Part shown: piece by piece, positions 49,005-63,860 of the stretch
How positions within the stretch are numbered: the stretch's first letter is position 1
How the letters are laid out: each line of letters opens with the position of its first letter
Assembly (NCBI GenBank): GCA_013265495.1
Contig: MU058781.1
Coordinates: forward strand, 5,583,050 to 5,647,049
DNA: 64,000 nucleotides
DNA from: Vicugna vicugna
Taxonomy: Eukaryota
Direction: 5' to 3'
The notes under the pieces: generated by a model
The model's database searches: none
What the model saw: the letters and a program-made list of their open reading frames with translations, nothing else
What the model was told of the DNA's origin: nothing
Program-made: the position numbers and the translations under genes

Positions 49005-49140
49005 CTAGCGCCGTGGCCTTGGAAGACAGTTAACCCGGCTGAACCTCAGTTCCCTCATCTGTAACGTGTGAAGGATGATGATCATATTTTCAAGAGACTG
49101 CCGTGAGATGAAGTAAGAGGATGTATGTGAGAAAGGGTGA
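49005..49140 (+). mobile_element. MIR fragment
   Basis: 'gtggccttggaagacagttaacccggctgaacctcagttccctcatctgtaac...gtgagatgaagtaagaggatgtatgtga'. Confidence 0.7.
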
Positions 49141-52100
49141 TGTTTATCACTAAACATCCAAATTTGTTCTCTTCCCCGAATGTCAGTCTCAGCTTCAACT
49201 GCCTGTCGGGAATCTTCACGAAGCTGCTCCAGCCTCCCCTTATTACCCTTCTTGAACCAGCATCTACCCTGGATCCACCCTGGCGTCGCTGTTCTGTGCC
49301 GTTTTCCCAGGGCTAAAGGCAGAGCATCGATGCGATGCCTCCCTCCCACTTAACTGCTGCATCCAGCTACTCCCCTGCGGGTGTCAATCTCTCTTCCAAA
49401 ACATCTCAACCACCAGCGAAGAAGCCTCACAGCTGTCCCCTTTTGCCCCATCCCACCGTGGAGTAAGGAATTTGGCCACGCCTTCCCCCTAAAGGGCCAG
49501 CTTTTGCCTTCGGCTTCTGCATCTGTGTTACAGCTAATACGAGTACATAGGGTAGGGACTCTGAGTCACATCAGGTTACTTAATTCAAACCTCTGCTTCC
49601 TCGTTTTAAAATATCCACCCTGCTGGGTTTGGATGACCATAAAATGAGATCATGTATGTTAGCACAGCGTATGCACTCAATGTTAGCTAAAAGAAAAAAA
49701 AAAAGGCTCCTTGAATTCAGTAGGAACCATATCCACATTAATTTCGTTTCCCCTCATATTTACGAAAAGATGATGGTCAGTACACGCTAATTCTGTCAAC
49801 AGAGTCAGCATTTGCATTCTTTGCTGACGTGGTATTTTCATTTTGAGTTTTGCTGCTGTTCTTCTAGGAAATCTATTATTTTTCCCAATTGATTTTTCTA
49901 GTTCTGCTTCAGTCGGAAGTATGGAGGGTCAATAAGTTTCCCTTATAACGTGGTCCCAACCGAGTGAAGGGAAGTGGGCCCCATGTCAGGGTTTTCGGCT
50001 CCCATCCACCCTCATCCCTGACTTCACGATGTGCGCTCCAAACGCTCCCAGGTGCGTGCCGAGGGCCGCCTGCTTCCGGCTCTTCCAGAGTGGACTTTAG
50101 ATTGGGATGTGGGAGAAAAGGCCTTTATTTCAGTATGAGACAATGTCTCAGAATAAATGAGTTAGGCTTTTCCTAAAGTAAACAAAAATGCAAACAAAAA
50201 GAGGCTTCCATTAGAAAAATGACTTAATGTTACCTAGGAAAATGCACCCCTTCGTTTTGAGACAATATGATCTTCATCTCTGATATATTCTTACTTTTTT
50301 TTCATAAGAACATGTCTCAAAAACCGGGATCTTTCTCCGTCTATATGTTTGAATAATCTCCAGTCTGCTTCCGTTCTGCTGTGGTTAAGTCACAGGGGTG
50401 GTGGATGGGATGGTGAAAACCAGCAGGAAAGCAGTGACTGAGTCAATTAATAACGTTTCCGAGGTAAACGATGGGATGAACCCATCATAAGCCTATTTAG
50501 TAAAATATACTATTAGCTCCCGAGACCCTCACAGAAAGCTCTCAACAGGAGATCAGAAAGGGACCAGCCAGGGAGGCTCACGCCAGCCACGAACAGCCAG
50601 GCGCAGGTAACGCTTTAGACGGGTGGGGTTTGTTTCCTACTTCACAGCTGATTTGAAACTTTCCTCTAGGACGGTGTGGAAGATGCGCTAATTCAACGCC
50701 TGGATATACAAGCTCCCCTCCACTGACTGCCTGGATCATTTCATGTTGAATGGATCTCAGGATGGTGGGAGACCTTTAGAATCAATGACCAGAGCCAGAC
50801 ACAGCCCGAAAACCTGCTTTGTGGTTCAGCAGCAGCACAATGGGAAAGTTACTGTCAGGCTGCAGCAATGGAGGCGGCAGTAGGCATCTCTAGATGTGGG
50901 GATCCAGGAAAATACCCCACAAGAAAGGCATTCTATCTTAACAAGGCAGCAGACAAGTTCCCAGACAGAAACGTGGTCGGGAAAAGAGCTCGGAGAATCA
51001 GGGGAGCGGCTGGCGGGTCGGCAGCCCTCGAGCACTGGGAAATTCTCACTAAAAACGACTACGAATACACTTGGCGGCTACCCAGACGAGGGAAAGTGGC
51101 TTTGTTCATGAGAATAAAGGAATTAAAACTGCTAGAAGCATTACAGTTTCTAGATCACAATTGTGCCCGAGTACATTACATGGAGAGCCCCCGGGTGGGT
51201 TATGAGAAACCCTTATGACTCTAAGAACATTCATTCCTTGTTGTTTTCCCAGACTCAGCAGATCCGTGCTGGGCCCCAGGAAACCTACGTGTTTAAAAAC
51301 TCCGCTGGTGATTCTGACCGGCAGCTACGCTGGGGAATCTACTATCCCAGACCCATCGGCAGCATGTTAGAAACATCTGGGGAGATTTTTTTTTAAAGTC
51401 CTGCTGGTCAGGCCACACCCCAGCCCACCATGTCCTAAAGCCTAGGGTGGGACCAGGCGTCCAGAATCTTAGCTGAGGCAGGGAATCACCACACAGGCCC
51501 GCGGTTCCCTGAGGGAGGAACACACTCATTTACGTATGCCCCACCCCAGCACCTAGGACGGGGCCTGACATAAAGCAAGCACTCCCCAGTGAAGCCAGAA
51601 GCACTGTTTCCAAAGCCTACACACATTCCAGCTACAGAAAAATGCAAATGAAATGCTGAGTTCCAGAACAATCTATGAATATACTGAGCTCCAAGCTGAT
51701 TCATCGGCCCATACGGAATTTGCTTTCATTCAACCACGCTTTTTCCAGGAAAAAAAAAATCTATTTTTTTTTTTGAGATGTTTAGAGGACAGTGTGATTT
51801 TCTATGATCTTGGGGCACAGAACTCTGAAAGGAGCCCCGCGTTGCTCAGAGGCCAGCCTCTGGGTCAAGAGGAAAGGCTGGCTGGAGCCTGGTGCCGTCT
51901 GGGCTGTGACAGGGACAGGAAATACTCCCCCACTCATGTCAGGCCCCCAGTTCTCTTATGAGCAGGAAGCTAGGTGCAGCAATGGCCACGTCCCTTACAT
52001 CTTACGGTCAGAAGCACAGCCAGCCAGGCTGAAACTAACAGGGGACCCTGCTGCCAGGTCCCGACAGCTCCGTGCTCCTGTGTCCTGAGGTCAGCCCACC

Positions 52101-54605
52101 CCGAGTCTCCAAACCCCGTCAGACACGTCCTTCCTCTTTCTCCCGTTGGTGGAGGGATGTTTATTTCAATGAAGACCCCTGCAGTGTAGAGTGTTTGGCT
52201 GCCTCCAACGCACTGCGCAAAATAGACGGAAGGTCCCTGGCCTGACCGAGGCCTGCTCTTGCTTCCTGCGGCTCAGAGCAGAATCCAGCCAACTGTGTCG
52301 CCCACGGATGCTACTGTCCTTCCACACGACCTTGTGCACGGAGCCTCTGACTCAGGGGCGCCACGTAAGGGTCATCCGATTGTGTGGACAACTGCAGGGA
52401 TGCTTCACTGCCTCCTGCCATTTTCCTCAGTGCTGAGAACACTTACTCCCAGTGACAGGTGACTGTCTACCACATTCCTAGCTGGCTCTTCTAGGTTAAG
52501 AAACAAAATAGAGCAGTTTCAACCCTGATGGATGAGCTTGGTAGGGTAGAGAAGGCTCACTCCACGAGAAAGGCATGCCTTTTCCCTTTCCGCTCCATGA
52601 ATCATCACCCATCCTTTAGACTGGAGACTGGAGCCGCCCCTCCTGCCTCCCCCCGTGACTACAAGCATCAATGGCTCCAAACACCACTCCCTAAAAAGAG
52701 TGGATGAAGGGCTGACTCTGGGCTGGCCACTGAACGGGCTCATTCCGTCCTTGGGACCGCTCTCCATTTCTCCTTCTGAGGGGTCTGACATCACTGACCA
52801 CCAAAATAACTGATTTGGGTACGTGGCCTCATATGTTCCCGTGCTTACATCTGTGCAAGTTAGACACAGCACATAAAGCAAGTGCCTGGATTTCTTACCT
52901 CTGGAGACACAGGAGACACCCAAGAAGTGATGCCCCTCCTCCCTCTATGCTTCCTGCCCACAGTGTCCACTTTTGGACAAAAGAATCAGGAATGAAACAA
53001 CGGACCAGGTCACGGAATTTTTACTTCTTCCCCACTCACCCTCTTGCCTTGGAAGTTTCAACATAAATGTTTTTCTGACCTAATTTGACCTTCAGTGGAA
53101 AAAAGTTTCCACTCTTCTCTCAAGTTTCATAGCTAAGGTGAACTAAAGCAGGGCTGTATTTAATTCCAAGCATCATCTCTTTGCTGTTGGCAGGGCTCTG
53201 GGAATAGTAGTGTATTTTGCCCTTCAGTGAACACATTTTTCAGAATCCACAGTCAAGGGCCAAATGACTGTTGGTGTTTTCCCCATACTGCTTTACAATT
53301 TTCCTTGGCAGGGAGGTGGATGACATTACAATGCCTCAGTTTCTTATTTCGTATAAACTACTGAGACCAACGTGAACTGTCCTGAAACCAAAGAATCATC
53401 AGGAAAAAATGAGATGACGCCGGGAGAGCTGCCTGACATTCTTCAGGGGGAGGCACATAATTTATGCAGATCACCCCAGATTACCTGATTTAAAAAAAAA
53501 GTCCCAGCATACTAACTATGTACAAACTTCACGTGAGCCAGGTTTCTCTTCAAACAGTAGCTCAAAGACAGCCAGCTCACTTTTAATTTAGGTTATCTGT
53601 CAAACATTTTTGGGGAAGATAAACTTGAACAAACAAAATTTTGATCATATTCAGGAAGAACACTAAGAAAGAAGTAAAAATACATGCATCAAGTGTGGCT
53701 ACTTTGGAGTTCTAGATTGAGAAGGCAGGAATCACGGAATCGACTAATACAAAGTATTGTGTGTGACTGTGAAATGGACTGTAACACCATCTTTTATCTT
53801 TTTCATCAGCATCCTCAAACTCTGGTTTCAGCCTAAAGCCAAGAAACCCAAAGCCATGTGGAATTTATACAAACTCCATATAGGTTTATATTTATTTATA
53901 GTTATTCCATTTATAAAACATAACTTCTTACCCTTTAGGTGGCAAAACTGAGACCCAGAGACCTGATGGGGATGGTCAGGGTTAGAGAGCATGTGGTGTG
54001 TTTTAACAAAATGCAGAATCAGGACCAGGATTCAGTCCCTCCAACCCCTACTCCATCATGCATTTCACTCCATGCCCAGCTCCCTGTGCACAAGGCTGCT
54101 GTCAAATCCGTGCAGGTTTCTAGGGTCTAGGCTACAGTAGGAACGGTGAGTGTGGAAGACAGGTAAGGATAATTAGCAAGGCTTAGTGATTGACTGAATT
54201 AAGCTGAATTAAGCCAAAGGAATCAAGAGTGCTCAGTTGGGAATAAGAAGGGTACCACTGCTATCAGATGAATGGAATGGGAAGGATGCTATTCTGGAGG
54301 AGGAGAGGATAATCAGTTTAAGACTCATTCAGTTTTACATGGCTCCAAGACGGACACATGTCACTCACCTGGGAGAATAGAGAGCAGGAGAAGGGATCAG
54401 GATTTCAGAAGCAGTCCTAATTAACATCGCAGGAGGGAAGTTGAGGCTGGGAGAGATACTGAAGGACAGTAAGAAGGGAGAGCAAACACCTAACTCTGGT
54501 TAAAGAGAGGGACAGTAGTTAAGAAGGTGGAAGAACACAAAGACATCAGCTACGTTAGCTGTAGCAGAGAAACTGAGTCAGACACAAACTAAGGAAGGCC
54601 ACTGA

Positions 54606-55470
54606 GCCAACAGAAACATGAAAAGGTGCTCAACATTGCTGATTATCAGAGAAATGCAAATCAAAACTACAATGAGGTATCACCTCACACTAGTCAGAAT
54701 GGCTATCATTAAAAAGTCCACAAACAGTAAGTGCTGGAGAGGGTGTGGAGAAGAGGGAGCCTGCCTACAGTGCTGGTAGGAGTGTATATTGGTGCAGCCG
54801 CTATGGAAAACAGTATGGAGGTTTCTTTAAAAACTAAAAATAGGCTTACCATATGATCCAGCAATCCCACTCATGGTCATATATCCAGAGGCAACTCTAA
54901 TTAAAAAAGATACATGCCCCTCAGTGTTCACAGCCGCACTATTTACAACATCTAAGACATGGAAGCAACCTAAATGTCCATTGACTGATGACTGGATAAA
55001 GACATGGTATATTTATACAATGGAATACTACTCAGCCATAAAGAAGTATGAAATAATGCCACCGGCAGCAGCATGAATGGACCTAGAGATTATCATACTA
55101 AGTAAAGCAAGTCAGACAGAGAAAGAAATTATCATATGATATCACTTATATGTAGAATTTAAAAAAAAATGACACCAATGAACTTTTTCACAAAACAGAA
55201 ACAGACTCATAGACATAGAAAACAAACTTACAGTTTACCAAAGGGGAAAGGAAGGGGAGGGATAAATTAGGTATTTGGGATTAGCAGATACAAACTACTA
55301 TATACAGAATAGATAAACAATAAGGTCCTACTGTATACCACAGAGAACTCTATTCAATAGCTTGTAATAACCTATAATGAAAAAAATATATATGTATAAC
55401 TGAATCACTCTGCTGTACACCAGAAAATAACACAACATTGTAAGTCAACTATACTTCAATTAAAACAAAA
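54606..55470 (+). mobile_element. 5'-truncated, relatively young L1 (ORF2 end, full 3'UTR, short A-tail) with degenerate target-site duplication
   Basis: 'agagaaatgcaaatcaaaactacaatgaggtatcacctcacac...' through 'caactatacttcaattaaaac'; flanks aaggaaggccactga (54591-54605) and aaagaagccattga (55469-55482). Confidence 0.93.
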
Positions 55471-58400
55471 AGAAGCCATTGATTAGACCAGTGGTTCTCA
55501 ATCCACACTGAACATCAGAAGCACTGGTAGCTTCTAAAAGATACTGATTCAGAATCTGGGTTAATGAGGGCTGGATTAAACTGTATGACCACAGGTGACT
55601 TCAAAGAGAACAGCTTTATCGTCCTACTTTAAAGGAAGGGAATGGATATACGGACTAGGTGACACTTAACATGTTTTCTAGCTCCTAGATTCTATGGCTA
55701 AATTTGCATTATCGATTATCTTATTTTAAATTTACATATGTCAATGGGCAATAACGTCCTTAAATAACGTCCTCAGAGCTTGGAAATCTCATGCCAGGGA
55801 TGACACTGGCTGAGCCTCCCACATCATCAAGCAAGTGCTCGAATAAACAGATGGGCTTTGTACAGGTGCCCTGAGAGCCAGGGAACATAACTATGTTTCA
55901 ATTCAAGGGAAGTAAACCTCTTGGAAAACACTGTTCTTGTGGCTTGCTCCCTTTTCAACTGGTTTTTAAGCCCAGGGCTCATTCATGGGAGCCCTTTAGC
56001 CTGTCTCAACTCCAACTCTGTGTGAGGTAATGCAGAGCATTACGAGTAACGTGTTCTTGTAGGTTTATGTCTGAAGAGACACAGTGGAGACCACACGCCA
56101 ACACCTGACTCCCAATACTTAACCTTGTCTCCATCACCCCAACAGATCACGAGTCTTTTCCTATAGTCGAAAACTACAGGAAAATTGACTATAGTCAATT
56201 TATGATGGAACAACCCACCAAGGTAAGAAGTTTGAATCCAGCAAGTGAGAAGGTCTTTCCTTGTTCTAAGTAAGTCCCAGGAAGTAGCGTGTAGCTAGCA
56301 GCTTCGTTAATGTTGTTGCACATTTACAACAGGCAACTGACTTATTTTAGGTAATTAAAATGCTCAGTAGTTAATATTTCTCTGGGCCCTTATGGAAAGC
56401 AAGCAGCCTAATGCCCAAAGACATGAAGCAACTGAAAGGCAGAAGAATGAGTGAGGAGGACGTCTCTATCCAGGGACATTAACTTCATAGTCAAGAGGCC
56501 AACTGTGATTATTACAAAATCCGGAGTAAGACGGGGGAAAAAGAGAGAAGACAGAACTTAATGTTTCATTCAAGTTCTGTTATGAAACAGGATTCAAAAA
56601 GGATACTGTACCATTTGGTATTAATTACTTTGGTTCGTGCACAAGGCTAATTATTTCGACAGCATTTAAGATCTCTTTAAAACAAACATATTTTGCACAT
56701 ACACACCCACCTTTTAAAATATGCCTTTTATCCCCTTTTCCAGAGCCTTGAGGAAACTTCTGGAAGTGAATGTGGATTGTATGCAAAAAATGTAACTGGC
56801 CCCTAAAACTCGTATAAACAAATGAACAAAAAGGACATTGCAGCATTGAGGGTATAAACAAAATGACTCTCAACTTTAACTTGCAGATTTTTTTTTTTCA
56901 GTGTTCACTGATGAAGTTTACTCCCAGAAGATTCCACTGTCCTCTGTCTTCTCAAACGTCTTCTTTCCCTGACATCCTTCTAGTTGTCTTTATGTCGGAC
57001 CCACAATTCAGTTGTCAGTTTTGAACCCCTTAAAGGAATCCTTGCACTTGATTTTCCTGTGAGGCCAACCTTGAGTGAGGACCTTCTGATCCTAAACGGT
57101 CAATATTTGTGGACCCTGAGAATCGTGAAGTTAAGGAGTTTCACCTTTTTGAGGCCCTGTGTACCCAGCCGCAAGAATGTCGTATCACACTGCGTGATTA
57201 CCTGGTGAATTTGGGTGACTCTAGAAAATGTCACAGATTCCTTTACCTGAATTGCCTGATCTAGCGTGGATGGCCTTAGTTCCCGCTAATCAGCTGGCTG
57301 AGTCAATCTTCTTGTGTCGCGTCCTATCTGCAGAACTTCAGGACCCAGTGCCCTGTGGGACTGCTGAAGTTTGCTTCAAACCAAAGCACAAATCAGAGAC
57401 AATGGAGGCCATTCCTGCCTCCCCTGCCTTCCCCTCGACCCATACACACCCACCCAACTAATTCTCCTGAGTGGATCGCATTGAAGGCCCGGCTCTCGAA
57501 GCTATTTACAATCTTCCGGAGCACTGCGCCCCTAAAGCAAGAGGCTTGTTCTCATCTGGGCACTTCAGAAAAAAGACAAGAGCTGGCATTGGGAGACATT
57601 CCAGGGAAGTCACTCCAGTGTCTGCTTGTTAGCCCTGTCTTCACAGACTCACACTCTCCCACACTGGTGCTGGTCCCCACCCTCCCTCTCACTGCCTTGG
57701 CCTCCATCACCACCGTCACTTCATTCCTGTCTGGTCCCTCTCCTCTTCCTGCCAGAAGCACCAAGGAGATGCTGCTGTCATTTCTTTGTAAATAGAAGCT
57801 GATGTTGGGCAGAGAAACACGATTGAAGCCTCCGCAGTTAAGCTAAGATTTCAGATCATTTTTGTCAAGATATAATGAGAAAATTTTACTCTCATTCATA
57901 CTATACAAGGTTCTCTATTCATACAGATATTATGCTCAGTTTATGTAGAGGCTTAAATTCCAGCACTCAGTTTCATTCTCTATCCACTCATTTAACAAGG
58001 CTTTTTGCAGAGCCTACAATGTAGCAACAAGAAGTAGGAATAATAATAGCTAATATCTGTAAGGCACTTCCTACATGCCAGTGCCTTATAAGGAACATCT
58101 CATTTGAGAAAGCACTCCCCTAGACGCCATGATAAAATCTGATTAAATGAGATGATTCATAGGTGCAAGCACGGAGCTGTATGACATGTACGTGAGTAGC
58201 TCCTTTGTAACTATACCCCCCCCATTTCCATCCCACCCCTGCCTGTTTGTCTCATTTCCCCTTACTACATTATCTCATCCCTAACAGAGTTTTTCTGGAA
58301 AAAAAATGGATGCTTACTAGATGTCAGTTGGCTGTTCAGTTTCAGAATTACAAGTGGAGAGACACAGAACATCTCTAGACCCTAACATCCCAGACGGTGT

Positions 58401-61390
58401 AAGCAAACGTCTTTCCTTTTCCCCAACCCTAATGCTGTGGCACAGTGCCTGCCACGCGTGCTACCTGTTACACAGATGAATTCCATGATGTGCTAAGTAT
58501 CGTGTCTCATGATAATCCTGAGTGTTTAGTAATATTTGCTGACTGGGCTCTTCTGGTGCCTGAGGTGCCGCTGAAAGACACACACCAAAATCAGGGGTCA
58601 ATTCAAGGTTCTGCTAAGAGTAAACAACGTATGAAGTGGGACTTAAGCCAGGGTTTAAATAAGCAAAAGCTGATGCTCTTTGATATGAATCGATCTGTTC
58701 AGCAGGGTTGGTCTAACCACAGGAGGAGGCAAGGCTTTTCCTCCACGCAGAGAATGGAGTTCCTTCTGAGATTTGTAAAGTGGAGCAAAAACAGGGGCAG
58801 TGTTTCCACCCCCTACCATTTAAAATTAGCTGGTTTTCACTGCATTCTCAAATTTGATCCACTTTTTTCCCTCCTTGTAACCCCTCCTCTTTCCATTCTA
58901 GCTTGTCTCTTGGATTGACTTAGGGTGGGGAGTGGAGGCAGGAGTGAGTCTGGAAGCATTTCATCTCACCCTAGGTAAAGGGTGACATGATGTACCTGGC
59001 GGGCCTGCTGGGGCAGCTGTCGGAACCAGAGAGAACTGATAAATACGGGGCTGTGACATCAGGTGAAATCTTTCTGTTAAGTGACTGAAAGACAGTCCCA
59101 AACGGATACGGCCACATCTGTGGGTATTTCCTGGGGCATCCACATTAAGCAGGCCCTAGAAATCATTTTGATTATGAGACAATGCATTTCAGCATCAGGC
59201 ACTGGCTTTAATTTCCAAGCTTAGAGCTTACAATTGTCCAGTTTACTAAGTCACCACCTAGCGTCTACTAAAGGTGGGTCTCGAATGATGACTGAAGACC
59301 TTCTGGTATTTTAATTACACTCAACACTGGCACTTGGGTAGCTGATAAAACTGAAGTCAGACTATCAGGAATACCTCATTGACAAAAAATAACTCCCCAA
59401 ACTGAATTCCTTGTGTTTGATGAAGTGTGAGGCATCATTTTGAAATGCTTTCATGCCAAAGTTCTGGATATTTTTTAGGCTCTAAGACAAAAGCACGGTT
59501 TTCCCCCAATAGCCCAGTAGAAAGCTGTGGCAGCGCACAAGGGCCACACTGTTCATGAACGTAACCTCCTACTTATGCCCCATTATTAATTAGAAAGTGA
59601 CCCATTCATTTAAATTATTCAACAAACACTGTATGGACCAGGTAGAACAAGAGGGTTGTGGCATATGAAGTAGCATATGACCTGGTGCCTTGTCTCCAGG
59701 CCAGAAGTGGGGACAGGAGGCACGACTGATGATTACAGTCCGAATCTTTCCAGCATCATGGTGTTAAAGAGAGAAGTGTGCACGGCGTGGATGGAAAACA
59801 GATGTGTTGTGTAAATCAGCACTGATTTTTTTTTTTTTCAAAGAGTAGAACAAGGGGGACTCAAACTGCACTACTGGCTTTCAAAGTGTCCCTCCTTCTT
59901 CTGCTTTATACTAGAGGAGCATCAAACTGACACGGTGGGGCCTTAACTTCCCGTGGCCTTAGCCAGATCCGTTAGTGGCAGAAAATAACATAATCATATC
60001 GAAACTCTCTTGAAAAAAATATTTTACTTTTTCATCTTGTTTTCCATTCAAATCAACTCATAGCACAGAATAGAGTCCAAAAGCACATTCAAACTTGCAA
60101 GCTGTTTACAAGCCATGTTTAGGTAAGACAACGGGGGCCCTATTGCGTCCAAACGACCTGAAATGACCTCAAGTTTAACAATTACCCTTTCTTTTCCTTC
60201 CCTTCCTCCTGCCATAGAAGCCTCCTGCTGCTTCTCCATATTTATGTTGAATTACTTCTGTCTGTGCCTACATATTAATCACATCTACTTTCACGCACCT
60301 GCCTGTAGTGGGTCCAGTCTCCCCTATGTAGCATGTCGTCTATACCAGTGTGAAAAAAATTTATTTTTAGCTTACCTGTTTGTTCCCCTGACTTCCTGAC
60401 CTCTTCTCAGCATCAGGGATTACGTTTATTTTTGTGGCTGTATCTTGCTCAGACCAATAGCAACACTAAAAAAAAAAAACTCAGGTGTCCTTTTATTACC
60501 TATGAGGCCTTGTTGATATTTGGAAAGGGGACCTCTGTGATGGGTTTTCATGACATGTCTGCCAGCTCAAAACAACAACAGTTCCAGCACCACCTCCACC
60601 TTCCTGACCACTTGTCCTCCTGGAGGTGAGACGGATACTGGCAGTTTCCTAGGAAATGACATTGTATCACACAGCGATACCACATGAATTGAATCCCCCA
60701 CTCAGCTAAATTCTCGCTCTGGTATCTATGAGCCGACCTCTTCGCTACAATCAGGAGCAGAAAAGGACTTAGAATATTAGAAGAGAGACTCCTGGATTTT
60801 GTTGGCTGATCAAAATCTCAGGGACACTTAAAAAATATGCATGCATTGAATAAAACAGACCCAAACCTCCAAGCAACCCACGTATAACATATTCACAAAC
60901 ATCCCATGGAGATTCTGGCCCAGAATAGAAGAGTCCTGGCTTTAATTAGCTACTAAAAATGGGGGACTGACTTTAAAAAGTACAAATGTGTGATTTCTTT
61001 TCTCTCTTCGACTTTCAAGAATGATCTTACGCGTAGAGCCCAAATCAGAGAGTTGTAACTCTTCGTGACTTTCTCCCTCAGTTACCCTGGGGGACTCTTC
61101 CCTCCCTCCTCAGCCACCATACCTGACTTAACAGACAAGCACAGAGCATAACAAAGCAGTGCTGCAATTATTAGTAGCCTTTGTGGCCCCAAGTAACCTC
61201 AGCAGGTGCATACAACTCTTTGGGGAAGCATAAATTTCCCAGTCACTATTAATCACATGAAGTGTTGACAGTGTGAGGTCAACCTTGTGTACATTGACCC
61301 TGGGGAGGAAGGTGGAGGGACACACAGGGGCGGCTATAAACTGCTGAGTGACTGTGCTTACATTCATCACATCATGCAAAAAGATTTCTG

Positions 61391-61412
61391 ACACACACAC
61401 ACACACACACAC
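61391..61412. repeat. (AC)11 microsatellite
   Basis: Directly visible. Confidence 0.95.
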
Positions 61413-61599
61413 AAATCAACTGAAGGAGTTTGATCTAGGCCTAGAAATACAATCACAGGTCTAAACGAGGGGCGGAGCTCATGAAGGCATATAGTTCAAG
61501 TTGCCTGACTGGTATATGCTTAGTATACATTCAGACTTGATTGCACAGGTCAGATTTTCCCAGAAATATGAGATCATGCCTTTATTGAGCTCAAAATTT

Positions 61600-62095
61600 G
61601 TGACTAATCCTTGCTTACCCCAGTATCCATTCTCCCTCTTTTCCTTAGAAGTACAGACCTTGATTTTGAACTGGACACATCGCTGTCCAGCTGAAAGGCA
61701 TGATCCTCATCTCCCCTTGCAGCTAGGTATCCTGAGACTAAATCCTGGCTGACCTGAAGTAAACAAACACGTGGTATGGTACCTCTTGCAAGCACCTTTG
61801 GAAAAATGGCTAGGCCTTCTCCCCTCCTTCTTCCTGCTTTCTGGAATGCTAATGTGAACGCTGGACCTTAAGCAGCCATTCTGTACCTGAGAGATATACT
61901 ACAGATGGCAAAACAGCAAAGACAGGATTGGATCCCTGAGCTGGTTAGCTGCCATATCTGCCCTGGAATCCTACACCTTCCAACCTCTTGTATGTGAGAA
62001 AAAAATAAATGTCTAATTTTCTTAGCCTCTGTGTGTGTAGGAGTGGGGGGAGTGGGGGGAGCAGTTGGCATGAAACTACACCTAATCCTGTTACA
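61600..62095 (+). mobile_element. Old ERVL LTR (LTR33/LTR16-like)
   Basis: 'ccttgcagctagg...ttcctgctttctggaatgctaatgtga...agcagccatt...tatgtgagaaaaaaataaatgtc'. Confidence 0.6.
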
Positions 62096-63659
62096 AACAG
62101 ACCTTAGAGGTCATAATAGACTTTATTTTACAGATAAGGAAACTAATGAGTAAAGATCAACATTGATAAATGTCTCAATCAGGGAAGCAGAGTCGGCGAA
62201 TTAATTACACTTCTGTTTAATCTTCTACTTCTAAAGATAGATGATGGCAGTTCTATTTTATATGCCCATCAGTATCTGTTAAATGAATATAGTTTTATAT
62301 TTCACATGTCTTTGAATTTCTGAACCTCCAAGGTCTTCCAACTGGCACATTTAATCCCAAATCACACATACTCAAGGAGTAAGATATTAAACAATAAAAA
62401 AATGTAAAGAGGCCTAGTAATGAATAGACGAGAAATTTTTCTCTCCTGTTATGTTCATTAGCTGGCTCGTGTCTTAATCGGCATTTTAGTCCATAAATCT
62501 ATAAAATGATGCTAATTTGCACTGATGTTTTAGAGAGTGCTAAATGGAGATTTTCAAATTTAGGGGATGAGTCAGTATCTGAAATGTTAAAAAGTTCTTT
62601 ATTTCCAATATGTATGCAAAGTAATCGATATACTCCAGCCATAAAATACACTCCCAGATGCTTTTACAGAATAAGACTGAAACGAATGGATTTTACTAAA
62701 CTGACAAAACTCACTACATCCAATTACCGAGAAAAAATAAACTAACTGCCTCTACCTGAGGCACCCCCATGCCCCCACCCCTACCATCCTCACTTCCACA
62801 AATCACTCTATGGCCATTAAAAAATAGAAGGAAGCTTTTCCCCTTTATGTTATAGTAACTTCAAATCAGCTACCTAGTCTTCTAAAACACCTGTTTTTTC
62901 CCCCTAACAATTCAAAATGAAAATGGTAACAGGGGATGGGCAACGTGGTTTTCCCCTGTTCTGTTCCCCCCTCCGGTCACTTCTCTGCCCACCCCCCGCA
63001 TGAACAAATAAACCCAGTATCCAACAGAGGTTCTTTTGCCCTCTAGTTATGACCCAAAATTTGGAAGGACAGTGTGCATCCTTGCAAATAAAAGCCATGA
63101 GCCGTGGAGTAGCAGAATCATAATCTTGCCCTGTGTGATGTGATCAATTAGATTTACTTGGAGAATGCCTATAGATGGGGTTAACCTCTCACACCAGCAC
63201 ACATCTATGGTTTCACTCTTGGCTTCTGAGCAATTACAGACATTTAAAGATGTACCAAAGGACATCCGTTTTCAATACCCTTTGCTGTTCACAAGCGTCT
63301 CTGATATCTCCAGCATCTGCTTAAATGCTAGCTTACCTTACAGACAGACTTCCCTTCTTTGTTTCATTCCACTAGGGCTGAGTCCTTGACTTGAGACTAT
63401 TTGCCTCGGAAAATTTTTCTCTACCTCCGCAAAGAACGATTGCTGTGTATAATCGTCTCTGAAATACTAACGTAAACCAAGAAATCATGTGTCATAAACT
63501 ATGAGGCTATTAGTTATGAAGAGCAATATTGATATTTACCTTCTGACTCGTCATGCTGGAAGGCAAAGCAGAAAAAAACCTGCATTTCCCTGGCTCCTGT
63601 GCCAAGATAAAGAACCCATGTGCATCTTACCTCTTCTGCCTTTTTAGATGGGGGAATAA

Positions 63660-63860
63660 CACTAGTGGCGATAATAATGCCATGATGTTCATTCAAAGCA
63701 CTTTCATTTGCATCATTATCTGATTTGTTCCTCCCAGGAATCCTGCACAAGGTGGGTATTATGAATACTATAAGGTCCAGAAAAGAGAACAGATGCAGAA
63801 GGTTAAATGATATGTTCCAGGCAACCCAGACGGAGGACGGCAGGACTGCTGCTTCCACCG
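63660..63860 (-). mobile_element. MIR SINE
   Basis: 'caaagcactttcatttgcatcattatctgatttgttcctccc...aaggtgggtattat...gaaggttaaatgatatgttccaggc'. Confidence 0.65.

Noticed and set aside
54873..55076. ORFs resembling L1 ORF2 C-terminus (also 45726-45983)
   Set aside because: Truncated, disrupted retrotransposon remnants, not genes.
54194..55763. Short tandem micro-duplications (ctgaattaag x2 near 54194; aataacgtcct x2 near 55750)
   Set aside because: Ordinary slippage duplications with only two copies.
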